Positions 16,304 through 24,232 of a stretch of 34,110 bases of DNA are shown piece by piece (position 1 is the first letter of the stretch; each line of letters begins with the position of its first letter). The translations under genes were made by a program, and so were the position numbers. A model generated the notes under the pieces. The model was not told the origin of the DNA. It searched no databases and worked only from the letters and a program-made list of their open reading frames with translations. The stretch is from an uncultured Bacteroidales bacterium (GTDB lineage: Bacteria; Bacteroidota; Bacteroidia; Bacteroidales; CAIWKO01): NCBI GenBank assembly GCA_964512865.1, contig CAZELC010000001.1:1-34110 (forward strand), written 5' to 3'.

Positions 16304-19171
16304 ATGAAACCCGCCGTTAAAACTCCTGTTGAAAATCCTGATATTGAAACATCTGAAAATGTTTTATCGGTTTACGGTGCAAGGGTGCATAACCTTAAAA
16401 ATATCGACCTTACAATACCTCGCGACAAACTCGTTGTAATTACAGGCTTAAGCGGCAGCGGAAAATCATCTCTTGCTTTCGATACCATTTATGCAGAGGG
16501 ACAAAGAAGTTATATGGAAACATTTTCCAATTACGCACGTCAGTTTATTGGTGATATGGAAAGACCTGACGTTGATAAAGTAACAGGGCTAAGTCCTGTT
16601 ATTGCAATAGAACAAAAATCAACAAACAAAAACCCTCGCTCGACTGTCGGGACCATTACAGAGATATATGACTTCTTAAGATTACTTTATGCAAGGGTTG
16701 CAGATGCATATTCTTATGTAACCGGTGAAAAAATGGTACGATATACGGAAAACCAGATAATTGACATCATCACCGAAAACTACTATAACAAAAACATAAG
16801 CATACTTGCTCCGAAGGTAAAAGGCCGCAAAGGACATTACCGTGAGCTTTTTGAACAGATAAGAAAACTTGGATTCATCAGAGTAAGAGTCGACGGGGAA
16901 ATAAAAGAACTCAGCTTCGGCATGCAACTCGACAGGTACAAAACTCATGATATTGAAATAGTAATTGACAGAATAAATGTAAGTGAAGGCGCCCGTCAGC
17001 GACTTGTTGCATCAGTACAGCTTGCCATGAAACAGGGAAAAGGTTCACTTATAGTGCTTAACGAAGAAGATAATAATATCAGATACCTAAGCCGCTCACT
17101 AATGTGCCCGGTTTCAGGAGTATCTTATGAAGAACCCGAGCCAAACTCATTTTCTTTTAATTCACCTTATGGTGCATGCAATAAATGTAACGGTTTAGGT
17201 GAAATATCAGAGATAGATATTGATAAGATAATCCCCGAAAAAAGAAAGACAATCAGAAACGGAGCTATCGCACCAATAGGAACATACCGAAACACCTGGA
17301 TATTTCATCAGATTGAAGCCATAGGGAAAAAATACGATTTTACCCTCGACACACCTGTATCAGATATCTCAGATGATGCAATAAATACAATACTTTACGG
17401 ATCAGATGAAATAATAAACTATAAGAACGAATATCTTGGAATTACTTCAACATATAAACTCAATTTCGAAGGTATCGTTAATTTTATTACAAACCAGAAC
17501 AGCGAAACCAATTCAAATGCAGTAAAAAAATGGGCAGGTAATTTCATGAACAAAAAAACCTGCCCTGAATGCCATGGAACAAGACTAAAGATAGAATCAA
17601 GGCATTTCAAAATCGCAGGGATGAATATAGCCGAAATGGCAAATATTGATCTTTACAGGTTTTATAATCTGTTTTGTGAACCGGAAAAGTTCCTCGATGC
17701 CAAAAAGATGAAGATAGGCAATGAGATTGCACGCGAGATAAAAACCAGAGCAAAATTTCTTCTTGATGTAGGTCTTGATTACCTTGTGCTGAACCGTGCA
17801 TCTGCGAGCCTTTCAGGTGGTGAATCGCAACGTATAAGACTTGCGACACAAATAGGCTCACAGCTGGTTGGTGTGCTTTATATACTCGACGAACCAAGCA
17901 TCGGGCTGCATCAGAGAGATAACCTTAAACTGATTGATTCTCTTAAACAGCTGAGAGATATAGGCAATTCGGTAATAGTTGTAGAGCACGACGAGGAAAT
18001 GATTTGTTCGGCCGACCATATTGTTGATGTCGGCCCGGGAGCAGGAATAAACGGAGGAAAGATTGTTGCTATTGGAACACCTGAGGAGATTAAAAAATTA
18101 AACACCATTACCGCCGACTATCTCAACAGAACAAAAATAATTGCAATTCCTGAAAAACGCCGTGAAGGATCAGGAAAAAACCTGATAATAAAAGGAGCTA
18201 CAGGGCATAATCTTAAAGATATTACCGTTAAGTTTCCTCTTGGAAAGATGATATGTGTAACGGGAGTATCTGGAAGCGGCAAATCATCATTGGTAAATGA
18301 AACCCTCTATCCTATTCTCAGTCATAAATTTTACCGTGCAGAAGCAAAACCGCTGCCATATAAAAGTATTGAAGGAATTGAAAATATAGACAAGGTAATA
18401 GAGATAGACCAGTCGCCGATAGGGAGAACACCAAGGTCGAACCCTGCAACTTACACAGGAGTGTTCGACGATATCCGTAAACTATTTGCAAATATTCCGG
18501 AGGCAAAGGTAAGAGGTTATCTTCCGGGAAGATTTTCATTCAATGTGCCGGGAGGCAGGTGTGAGACCTGCGGAGGTGCAGGACTGAGAACAATAGAAAT
18601 GAATTTTCTGCCTGATGTTTACGTGGTTTGCGAAAACTGCAACGGCAGAAGATATAACCGGGAAACATTAGAAATAAAATACAAAGGAAAATCAATCTCC
18701 GATGTGCTTGATATGAATATTGAAACAGCCGTTGAGTTTTTTGAAAACATTCCTTCCATTATACAGAAAATAAAAACACTCAGCGACGTAGGGCTTGGCT
18801 ATATAACTCTGGGGCAACAGTCAACAACACTTTCCGGCGGAGAAGCACAACGAGTTAAGCTTGCCACTGAGCTTTCGAAGAAAGACACGGGCAAAACCCT
18901 TTATATACTCGATGAACCAACGACAGGACTTCACTTTGAAGATGTCCGCATACTGATGAATGTTCTCAACAAACTTGTTGAAAGAGGCAATACCATAATA
19001 ATTATTGAGCATAATATGGATGTGGTAAAAGTATGCGATCATATAATTGATATCGGTCCTGAAGGCGGCGAGCGCGGCGGCGAGCTTATTTGTACAGGCA
19101 CCCCGGAAGAAGTTGCTAAAAGTAAGAAAGGATATACGGCGGAGTTTATTAAAAAGGCTCTGGTTCATTAG
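16304..19171 (+). CDS. uvrA: Excinuclease ABC subunit A
   Basis: Two ABC modules with Walker A 'GLSGSGKSS' and 'GVSGSGKSS' and signatures 'LSGGESQR' and 'LSGGEAQR'. Zinc-finger cysteines are 'CNKCNGLG', 'CPECHGTR' and 'CETCGGAG...CENCNGRR'. The listed ORF starts at TTG 16283, and I prefer the ATG at 16304. Confidence 0.95.
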   Translation: MKPAVKTPVENPDIETSENVLSVYGARVHNLKNIDLTIPRDKLVVITGLSGSGKSSLAFDTIYAEGQRSYMETFSNYARQFIGDMERPDVDKVTGLSPVIAIEQKSTNKNPRSTVGTITEIYDFLRLLYARVADAYSYVTGEKMVRYTENQIIDIITENYYNKNISILAPKVKGRKGHYRELFEQIRKLGFIRVRVDGEIKELSFGMQLDRYKTHDIEIVIDRINVSEGARQRLVASVQLAMKQGKGSLIVLNEEDNNIRYLSRSLMCPVSGVSYEEPEPNSFSFNSPYGACNKCNGLGEISEIDIDKIIPEKRKTIRNGAIAPIGTYRNTWIFHQIEAIGKKYDFTLDTPVSDISDDAINTILYGSDEIINYKNEYLGITSTYKLNFEGIVNFITNQNSETNSNAVKKWAGNFMNKKTCPECHGTRLKIESRHFKIAGMNIAEMANIDLYRFYNLFCEPEKFLDAKKMKIGNEIAREIKTRAKFLLDVGLDYLVLNRASASLSGGESQRIRLATQIGSQLVGVLYILDEPSIGLHQRDNLKLIDSLKQLRDIGNSVIVVEHDEEMICSADHIVDVGPGAGINGGKIVAIGTPEEIKKLNTITADYLNRTKIIAIPEKRREGSGKNLIIKGATGHNLKDITVKFPLGKMICVTGVSGSGKSSLVNETLYPILSHKFYRAEAKPLPYKSIEGIENIDKVIEIDQSPIGRTPRSNPATYTGVFDDIRKLFANIPEAKVRGYLPGRFSFNVPGGRCETCGGAGLRTIEMNFLPDVYVVCENCNGRRYNRETLEIKYKGKSISDVLDMNIETAVEFFENIPSIIQKIKTLSDVGLGYITLGQQSTTLSGGEAQRVKLATELSKKDTGKTLYILDEPTTGLHFEDVRILMNVLNKLVERGNTIIIIEHNMDVVKVCDHIIDIGPEGGERGGELICTGTPEEVAKSKKGYTAEFIKKALVH

Positions 19172-19340
19172 TTCAATGTTCTGGGTTCATCAGGCTTTAG
19201 GTTTCTTTAGTTCAAAGTCTGTAACTGCGGTGACTTCGACTACCCTCAGTCCCCGGTATGAGTGGTTTGATGCGATGATGCAGTCAGACAGAGCCTTCAC
19301 CGAAGGTTAAGTGTCGAAACTGAGTTAAGACGGAAGAGAA
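19172..19340. other. GC-rich island A (candidate structured RNA or dispersed repeat element)
   Basis: Locally GC-rich in an AT-rich genome. Contains the hairpin CCTTC-ACC-GAAGG (19294-19306). TTCGAC (19235) and CTCAGT (19245) have perfect complements at 19313 and 19319. It shares a core with island B in inverted orientation. Confidence 0.4.
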
Positions 19341-19364
19341 GATGACTGATCAATAAGAAGGTTG

Positions 19365-19698
19365 CAAATGACAAGACCAGGTTTTCAAAAGACATGGATG
19401 ACCTTGCAATGAGCAATGTGCGGATTTAAAAAGGCATTTTAAGATTTCAAAAGGCGTTAATGTGGTTTTAAAAGGCATTAAGGATATTGCAAAAGACATG
19501 GTGCTATCTGCAATGGACATTTAGAATATTTCAATAGACAATGTTATACCTGCCAAAGACATTTGAACTATGCAAAAAACAATAGTAACAATTCAAAAGA
19601 CATTTAACACCCTGCAATAAGCATTTATCAGCTTACAATTGATGCTGAGGTCATTTCAATAAGTATCATACATTGTGCTATAGACATTAAACCTCGAT
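19365..19698. repeat. Degenerate tandem array, 16 units of ~21 bp, core CAAAAGACAT
   Basis: Core start positions are 19365, 19386, 19407, 19428, 19448, 19469, 19490, 19511, 19532, 19553, 19573, 19594, 19614, 19635, 19657 and 19678. Spacings are 20-22 nt and mostly 21. No ORF of 60 aa or more lies here. Confidence 0.85.
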
Positions 19699-19745
19699 AG
19701 TTTCAGGTGATTTTACTTTCTTTTTGCTCTATTATAAAAAAGATA

Positions 19746-19753
19746 TATATTTG
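19746..19753 (+). promoter_or_regulatory. -7 box TAtaTTTG upstream of the decayed beta-barrel gene
   Basis: TATATTTG lies 40 nt upstream of the ATG at 19793. Confidence 0.35.
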
Positions 19754-19792
19754 AAGTGGATAGTTTTTAATATCGGTCAAAAAAAAGCAGAA

Positions 19793-20347
19793 ATGAAAAA
19801 TATATAATTATCTTGATTCTTTTGTCGGTTATAATAGTAAAGCCTGTTATAGCTCAAACCGATTCGACTAAAGTTGAGAAGGTGAGAAAGAATGCAGTAT
19901 TTATACGAATATGTACAATTGCATTTTTAGGTATAAGTAATTCACTGGTGTTATATTCACTGTTTTATGAAAGAATTATTATTGCAAAAAATATATTTAA
20001 ATTCACAACAAGTATTGGTTTTTCTGTTTCAAAATCTTAAACATTACACCGTTAAATATAAATTTTATAGTTGGAAAGAAATTAGCTGGGAATCAGGAAT
20101 TGGGTTTAAATTTTATTGTTCATTTGAAAAGTCGAAAAGTTATACAAAATATATGTTTTTTACAATAAATCCTGTAGGCATAAGATATACAGGGAAAAAA
20201 GGATTCACTTCATTCTTTAAGTTTGGTTATTTTATAGGTGATTTGCATTTGTTTGGTGGTGAATTATTTTATGAAATTTATATAAAATCACAATACTTTT
20301 ATAGACTAGCTTAAACTATAAATTTTGGTTTCGGTTATTCATTTTAA
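19793..20347 (+). pseudogene. Frameshifted paralog of the 20763..21398 outer-membrane beta-barrel-like gene
   Basis: Homologous pieces lie in three frames. 'EKYIIILILLSVIIVKPVIAQ' matches 'KKYLIILFILSEIISKPVIAQ'. 'LNINFIVGKKLA' followed after a frameshift by 'WESGIGF' matches 'VNINFLLGKRIAWESGFGL'. 'INPVGIRYTGKKGF' matches 'VNPAGIRYTGKKGL'. The terminal 'TINFGFGYSF*' matches 'SINFNYGIGYSF*'. The ATG frame stops after 4 codons (MKNI*). Confidence 0.85.
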
Positions 20348-20359
20348 TAAAACAAATCT

Positions 20360-20752
20360 ATGAAATACAAACATTCTTATTTTAATATTATCTTATTGGT
20401 ATTTGTTTTAATTTTTTCAAATTCATGTAAGAAAGATTATCCCTCTGATATTCCTCAATGGATAAAAGAAAAAATAAAAATGTACAAGTATCTTGAAGAT
20501 GAAAACCACCTCAAAACACCTGTTAGCATTGTTGAGTATAAGGACAATAATGAAAACTGCATTTATCTTTTTGATTATAGCCCCATCAGCGGTGGTGTTG
20601 ACAGATATGATTATTATGATTCTTCAGGTTTCGAAATATGCAGTTGTATCTGGTGTTGGAATCCTGGGCAAGGTTGTACAATAAATGGTCAATTAATACA
20701 TGATGTCTATAAAGAATCACGAGTAATATGGAGCTGTAGGTTTTGTAACTAA
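20360..20752 (+). CDS. Hypothetical Cys-rich lipoprotein
   Basis: 130 aa with lipobox 'FSNSC'. The C-terminal half has 8 Cys ('EICSCIWCWNPGQGC', 'WSCRFCN'). Confidence 0.7.
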   Translation: MKYKHSYFNIILLVFVLIFSNSCKKDYPSDIPQWIKEKIKMYKYLEDENHLKTPVSIVEYKDNNENCIYLFDYSPISGGVDRYDYYDSSGFEICSCIWCWNPGQGCTINGQLIHDVYKESRVIWSCRFCN

Positions 20753-20762
20753 TTGTAAAAAT

Positions 20763-21398
20763 ATGGAGCTTATGAGATTTTCTGTCAAAAAATATTTAAT
20801 AATCTTATTTATTTTATCGGAAATAATATCAAAACCGGTTATAGCTCAAAATAATCCTGTTATAAAAAAGAAGAACAAGGTAATTGAGTTTACGAAGAGG
20901 TTATCTGGTCAGTATGATACGATTAACTTAGAAAAGGCAAAAAAGAATGCACTGTTTTTAAGACTGGGTACTATTTCATTTTTGGATGTAGCAGGTTCTC
21001 CAATTTTTTATTCACTCGATTATGAAAGGGTTTTATATGCAAAAAAGAAATTTAAGTGTATGGCAAGTGCAGGCCTTTCAGTTGGATGGTCTTATGCTGT
21101 TCCTGTAAATATAAATTTTCTATTGGGTAAAAGGATTGCTTGGGAATCAGGTTTTGGTTTAGCTTATTCAACACCTAATAATAAATACCAGTTTTATAAA
21201 TATTTTCTAGCTCTTTCTGTTAATCCTGCCGGAATAAGATATACAGGAAAAAAAGGACTTGCAATATTCTGGAAGCTTGGGTATTATATAGGTGACCTGC
21301 GGTGGATAGGAGGTGATATGTTTTATTATCAGCATGGAAGCATGACGGAACCAATAGCCAGTATTAATTTTAATTATGGGATAGGATATTCATTTTAA
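20763..21398 (+). CDS. Hypothetical outer-membrane beta-barrel-like protein
   Basis: 211 aa with signal peptide '...LIILFILSEIISKPVIAQ'. It has alternating aromatic and hydrophobic strands and the C-terminal 'NYGIGYSF' ending in Phe, as in OMP beta-signals. The start could also be the Met at 20772. Confidence 0.7.
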   Translation: MELMRFSVKKYLIILFILSEIISKPVIAQNNPVIKKKNKVIEFTKRLSGQYDTINLEKAKKNALFLRLGTISFLDVAGSPIFYSLDYERVLYAKKKFKCMASAGLSVGWSYAVPVNINFLLGKRIAWESGFGLAYSTPNNKYQFYKYFLALSVNPAGIRYTGKKGLAIFWKLGYYIGDLRWIGGDMFYYQHGSMTEPIASINFNYGIGYSF

Positions 21399-21425
21399 TG
21401 ATAATTAGTACAAATTCTTTTGTTC

Positions 21426-21506
21426 ATGAAAAGAAAACCTTTTTATTTGGCCATCATACTGTTTTCTTTAGCAATTTCGGTTTCCTGCAAATATGTGTTT
21501 CTGTAA
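21426..21506 (+). pseudogene. Truncated lipoprotein gene remnant (signal peptide only)
   Basis: Encodes 'MKRKPFYLAIILFSLAISVSCKYVFL*', a lipoprotein signal resembling the N-terminus of 20360..20752 and occupying the same position after the beta-barrel gene. The GC-rich island begins immediately after the stop. Confidence 0.55.
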
Positions 21507-21700
21507 TTGGTTTTCGGTAATCGGTTGTCGTTTGTTGGTAGGTTTAAACGGTATAGGTTTCTACACACTTCGGCTCAACTCAGCTACGGCTATGATCAAC
21601 GCTTAGGGTACAGGCTCTGCCTGACCGACACCGCCCACGAAAACTTGCAGCGGATAGCCAGACCCTACTCCGCCGCTTGGCGGTTAGGGGAGCGCTAAAA
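21507..21700. other. GC-rich island B (candidate structured RNA or inserted repeat element)
   Basis: A G/T-rich block is followed by a GC-rich block. Nested helices are possible: GGCTAT 21588-21593 with ATAGCC 21654-21659, CAGGC/GCCTG at 21611-21623, CCGC 21631-21634 with GCGG 21650-21653, and the hairpin CCCTA-CT-CCGCC-GCTT-GGCGG-T-TAGGG at 21663-21689. Confidence 0.4.
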
Positions 21701-21821
21701 GAATAAAGATTTTCAAATGATTTACAGAAAGATTAATTGATAAAAAAATGTAATTACTTGAAAACAGATGAATAATTTCTTATTTTTAGCATTTATTATA
21801 CCCATTAAAATATATTATCCT

Positions 21822-23090
21822 ATGAAAAAATCAGCAGTATTTCTTATTGTTTTTTTGGTAATTATTATTAATGAAAGAACTTATTCGCAGAATTATCTGA
21901 TAAGTTTTGCCGGTACAGGTGCTTCAACTACAGTTGATTCGGTTAAGGTTGAAAATCTTGCAAGGTGCACCGATACTGTTATTTTGGGAAGCGATATTCT
22001 TCAGCTGACCGGCGCTGTCGGATTAAATAATGCTTTGCAGAAAACTAATGACAGGCTTATGGTTTTTCCTAATCCTTCAACTGGAAACTGTTTTATTAAT
22101 ATTGAACAGTCGGAAGCCGGAAATGCATTGATTGAGATATTCGACATTACTGGAAAAATTATTGTGCAAAATAATGTATATCTGTTAAATGGCATCAATT
22201 GCTATTCTCTTGCCGGAGCAGGAACGGGAATTTATATTGTCAGTGTTAAATCCGACAAAGGTTATTTGTACTCAAAGCTGATATCTGCCAATGGCAGTAA
22301 CGGAAGTGAGAGGATAACTTTTGACAGGATATCTTCAATGGAAATTACACAGGATGAAAATAATAATTTGTTGAAAAAATATGAAAAAGGCAGGAAATCA
22401 ACTGTACAGATGTTATATTTTAATGGTGAAAGGTTGAAGTTTACTGGATATTCAGGAGGAATTTACCGTACTGTTTACATGCTGGTGCCAACTCAAAACG
22501 AGAGCATTACTTTTAATTTTGTGGCATGTACAGATATTGACGGAAACAATTATGCAGTTGTTCAGATAGGTACTCAAATATGGATGGCTGAGAATTTAAA
22601 GACAACTCATTACCGTAACGGGGATATTATTCAATATATTACTGATAATACTCAGTGGCAGAATATGGGTGCCGGTGCAAGATGCTATTATAATAATGAT
22701 TCTACTGCTTATGCGGGAATTTACGGGTGCTTTTACAATGGTTTTGCAGTTGGTGATACACGCATATTAGCGCCATTGGGATGGCATTGTCCTTCGCAAA
22801 CGGAATTCAATACACTTAGTTCTGCCCTTGGTGGAAGTGGTGGCGCAATAAAAGACCCTTGCTGTACATTGTGGACTACGCCAAACACCGGAGCAAACAA
22901 TTCAAGCGGATTTTCGGGGTTACCGTTAGGTTTCAGAAGTTACTACGGCTCATATATGTATTTTGCAACCAAATCAATTTATTGGGGAACCGGCGAAAGG
23001 ATTATGTGGGTAAACAACAATGATGCTGTATTAAATACCGGCGCTTCGGCTTTACAATACGGGCAATCGGTAAGGTGTATTAAGGATTAA
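21822..23090 (+). CDS. Secreted protein with internal T9SS-sorting-domain-like segment and C-terminal FISUMP (Fibrobacter succinogenes major paralogous) domain
   Basis: The listed ORF starts at 21768, but the Met at 21822 gives the signal peptide 'MKKSAVFLIVFLVIIINERTYSQ'. 'LMVFPNPSTGNCFINIE...IEIFDITGKII...GIYIVSVKSDKGYLYSKLI' matches the Por_Secre_tail pattern. The C-terminus 'GNNYAVVQIGTQIWMAENL...GWHCPSQTEFNTL...GFSGLPLGFR...VRCIKD' matches the FISUMP pattern (TIGR02145). Confidence 0.85.
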   Translation: MKKSAVFLIVFLVIIINERTYSQNYLISFAGTGASTTVDSVKVENLARCTDTVILGSDILQLTGAVGLNNALQKTNDRLMVFPNPSTGNCFINIEQSEAGNALIEIFDITGKIIVQNNVYLLNGINCYSLAGAGTGIYIVSVKSDKGYLYSKLISANGSNGSERITFDRISSMEITQDENNNLLKKYEKGRKSTVQMLYFNGERLKFTGYSGGIYRTVYMLVPTQNESITFNFVACTDIDGNNYAVVQIGTQIWMAENLKTTHYRNGDIIQYITDNTQWQNMGAGARCYYNNDSTAYAGIYGCFYNGFAVGDTRILAPLGWHCPSQTEFNTLSSALGGSGGAIKDPCCTLWTTPNTGANNSSGFSGLPLGFRSYYGSYMYFATKSIYWGTGERIMWVNNNDAVLNTGASALQYGQSVRCIKD

Positions 23091-23264
23091 AAACACAATA
23101 AGTACATATATCTTTTTTAACTCTTCTTATATTTTATAGGTTATCTTATTAAAAAGTATATCTTTGATGACTTTAGAAATTATTACTGCTTTTTTAAGAG
23201 TAATCTGTTTGAATAATATTTTATTAATCCATAAATTATCAGATAATTAATAAAAATTTGTGTC

Positions 23265-24152
23265 ATGAAGCAAAATTCTAATAAAACAGGGTTCTTATTA
23301 ATTGCAGTGTTTTCAGTTTTGTTTATTATTAATTGCAGTTGCAAAAAAGATGATAATACAAATACAAATAACACCACAACCACTGCTTCTGCCCCAACAG
23401 TTGCCACAACAGCGATATCCGACCGTACCGGAATTTCAGCTACTTCAGGCGGAACTGTTACATCTGATGGCGGAGCAACAGTAACTGCGCGTGGGGTTTG
23501 TTGGGGAATGTCATTAAATCCAACCATTAACGATAATAAAACAATTGATGGAAGCGGTACAGGCTTGTTTGTCAGTGCCATTACCGGATTGAATGTAGGG
23601 AAAACATATTATATAAGGGCATACGCCACCAATAGTTCAGGAACTGCCTATGGTAACAATGTACTTTTAGTTACGGGCATAGGTGCCAGTTATCAGGGTG
23701 GTGTTATTGCATATATTTTTCAGGCCGGAGATCCGGGATTTGTTGCTGGACAAACACATGGTCTTATTGTTACGGCAAATGATTTAAGTACCGGTGCCGA
23801 ATGGGGTTGTACCGGAACATTGATATCTGGTGCAAATATGACTGCTCTTGGAACAGGAATTCAAAACACAGCTTCAATTATTTCGGAATGCACAACCGCA
23901 GGAATAGCTGCAAAAATATGCAGTGATCTAAGTTTGGGAGGATATAATGACTGGTATTTACCTAATATATATGAGCTTGGACTGGTTCGTACAAATAAAG
24001 CGTCAATAGGAGTCTTTGCTTCGGATTATTATTGGTCGAGTTTACAATCGGATGCAAATTCGGCACACGCTGCAAATTTTGGCAGCGGTTCGGCAACAGC
24101 AATACATAATAAAAGCTTATCGCATTATATACGTGCGGTAAGGGTTTTTTAG
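23265..24152 (+). CDS. Surface lipoprotein with Ig/FN3-like domain and C-terminal DUF1566 (Lcl C-terminal) domain
   Basis: Lipobox 'IINCSC' is followed by a T/N-rich linker. 'TSGGTVTSDGGATVTARGVCWG...GKTYYIRAYATNSSGTAYG' is a domain commonly found ahead of FISUMP and DUF1566 modules. 'GGYNDWYLPNIYEL...YYWSS...IRAVRVF' is DUF1566-like. Confidence 0.8.
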   Translation: MKQNSNKTGFLLIAVFSVLFIINCSCKKDDNTNTNNTTTTASAPTVATTAISDRTGISATSGGTVTSDGGATVTARGVCWGMSLNPTINDNKTIDGSGTGLFVSAITGLNVGKTYYIRAYATNSSGTAYGNNVLLVTGIGASYQGGVIAYIFQAGDPGFVAGQTHGLIVTANDLSTGAEWGCTGTLISGANMTALGTGIQNTASIISECTTAGIAAKICSDLSLGGYNDWYLPNIYELGLVRTNKASIGVFASDYYWSSLQSDANSAHAANFGSGSATAIHNKSLSHYIRAVRVF

Positions 24153-24176
24153 TTTTCCATGACAGAGATTTGACAA

Positions 24177-24209
24177 ATAAAAAAGCCTGCCGACAAATGC
24201 CGACAGGCT
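24177..24209 (-). terminator. Rho-independent terminator of the collagen-like gene (between convergent genes)
   Basis: Stem AGCCTG/CAGGCT (24184-24189 and 24204-24209). On the minus strand it is followed by TTTTTTAT. Confidence 0.6.
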
Positions 24210-24232
24210 AAAATTGTGTGTGGTATATAAAG

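Noticed and set aside
19047-19310. Listed 87-aa ORF overlapping the uvrA 3' end and island A.
   Set aside because: It lies out of frame within the well-supported uvrA and then runs through the GC-rich non-coding island. It has no motif and no promoter context.
19350-19520. A 56-codon minus-strand ORF (MSIADSTMSFAISLMPFKTTLTPFEILKCLFKSAH...) running through eight units of the 21-bp array, suggestive of a heptad-repeat peptide.
   Set aside because: A 20-nt unit shifts the ORF relative to the repeat, so identical cores are translated in different frames (MSF.. versus CLF..). Other units contain stops in every frame. The conservation is at the DNA level and not the peptide level.
19365-19698. 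Possible degenerate CRISPR array.
   Set aside because: The period is ~21 bp in total (10-nt core plus 11-nt variable part), far below repeat-plus-spacer lengths. The repeats are degenerate, and the window has no cas genes or leader.
21507-21698. Listed 63-aa ORF inside GC-rich island B.
   Set aside because: It starts at a TTG directly abutting the stop of the truncated lipoprotein ORF and has an R/G/L-rich composition unlike all neighbouring genes. The region is better explained by nested helices, so it is treated as non-coding.
23183-23581. 132-aa minus-strand ORF and 60-aa plus-strand ORF overlapping the 5' part of the DUF1566 lipoprotein gene.
   Set aside because: They are antisense or alternate frames of the T/N/P-rich linker region. 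The plus-strand lipoprotein frame has a lipobox and recognisable domains.
21822-24152. Diversity-generating retroelement targets, since FISUMP and DUF1566 are C-type-lectin-like folds often diversified by DGRs.
   Set aside because: The window has no reverse transcriptase or accessory gene. I found no template-repeat copy of either gene's 3' end, and the GC-rich island upstream bears no similarity to the FISUMP 3' region.
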